Shown piece after piece: positions 63,036 to 64,000 of a stretch of 64,000 bases of DNA (position 1 is its first letter; every line of letters begins with the position of its first letter). The position numbers were made by a program, and so were the translations under genes. The notes beneath the pieces are model-generated. The model was given only the letters and a program-made list of their open reading frames with translations, did no database searches and was not told the origin of the DNA. Source of the DNA: Mobula hypostoma (taxonomy: Eukaryota); NCBI RefSeq assembly GCF_963921235.1, contig NC_086097.1:24926001-24990000 (forward strand), written 5' to 3'.

Positions 63036-64000
63036 GAAGGCAAGTTCATCCCAGCACTGGTTAAAATGGGGGTACTGGAAACTCTGCTGTACATTCCAGC
63101 TATTTTGGGTTGCTATGTAGACCTGAAACAGTGTGGGATCTTTTCTGGTTTCCCTGTAGATCATCTCTGCCATAATAGGGAGACTTTCAATTTGCATTAG
63201 AGAGAATATATCAAGAGAAGTGTCCTATTTTGTAAATTTTTCAGGTATTTCCTTTCCCAGGGGTAAATGGGACAATCCATCAGTTTTTCCATGATTAGTC
63301 ATCCTGTTGAATTTGATCTTGTAATTGTGTCCTCCATGAAACACAGCCCATCACTGCTGTTAATGGAACACTTCTGTGGATCAAAAATGGACACTCAATG
63401 TTTGATGGTCAGCAATGAGAGCAAACTCTTTCCCATACAGGTACTGATTGAAGTGTTTTACACCCCAAACGAGGTTCAAGACCTCTCTGTCAATAAGAGA
63501 GTAATTTTTCTCTGCAGGGGTAAGGGAATGTGATACAGATGATATGGGGCGTTCACTTCCAACCTGTTGTAGCCTGTTATAGTAATTGACAAATCCTAAA
63601 GAAGACTCTGACATGTTCTTTGGCCTTGGGGCGTCCACCACTGCCTGAATTCTCCCAGCACACTTGTGTAAATCTTGTGTGTCAATGGTGTGATCACAGC
63701 AAATGATGCTTGGTTGAAAGAATTCACTCTTCTTGCATTGTGCTCTGAGCCCATAATCTTCTAATCTTATTGAGACTTTGGAGAAGTTCCTTGTTATCCT
63801 TACTGTTAACAATAATGTTGTCTCGATAACACACTGAGTGCCTGGACAGCCTTCTGATACCTGGTCCATACAGATTCTGCCAGAGTGTGGGTGCAGACAC
63901 TACTCCAAAAATAAGCCTATTATTGTGATAAAGCTCTTTCTGAGTGTTTATGGTGAGAAACATTCCGGACTCTTCTTCCATCTCTATCAGCTTCAGCTAA

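Larger units (their letters stand above)
56334..64000 (-). mobile_element. Decayed Gypsy element (same family as 32005-36785) hosting three nested LTR insertions; runs off the window end
   Basis: LTR and 3' UTR similar to 32005-32560; integrase pieces 57990-58514 and 63036-63200; RNase H EKNYSLIDREVL..ADHQ; RT FLTINTQK..RLIFGVVSAP. Confidence 0.88.

Noticed and set aside
1..64000. CRISPR arrays, rRNA or bona fide tRNA genes, prokaryotic operons
   Set aside because: No repeat-spacer arrays or rRNA signatures; tRNA-like boxes occur only as decayed SINE heads

Overview
Repeat-saturated vertebrate genomic DNA. The repeat landscape (CR1 LINEs with SGNH-esterase ORF1, V-SINE-like SINEs, Rex1/Babar LINEs, Penelope GIY-YIG fragments) suggests a cartilaginous fish, probably a ray; this is inference. 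I cannot support any intact host protein-coding gene. Almost all ORFs in the track are pieces, or antisense shadows, of decayed transposons. The window holds many CR1 copies (three near full length, several nested), five Gypsy/Ty3 LTR retrotransposon copies plus three solo LTRs, and Rex1 fragments. It also holds Tc1, mariner and piggyBac-like DNA transposon remnants, RTE-related non-autonomous elements, and about nine Penelope-derived pseudo-LTR pieces carrying minimal hammerhead ribozyme motifs. The most interesting observations are: (i) mobile hammerhead-bearing Penelope mini-elements with clean TSDs, one only 100 bp; (ii) a propagated chimeric CR1 lineage with a doubled endonuclease N-terminus, whose two parent types both lie in the window; (iii) a TSD-flanked bipartite RTE-like retroposon; (iv) a 15-bp tail-only LINE insertion; (v) a perfect 46-bp palindrome; (vi) weak candidate exons in the few unique islands. 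Boundaries were read by eye and are approximate unless a TSD or terminus is quoted.
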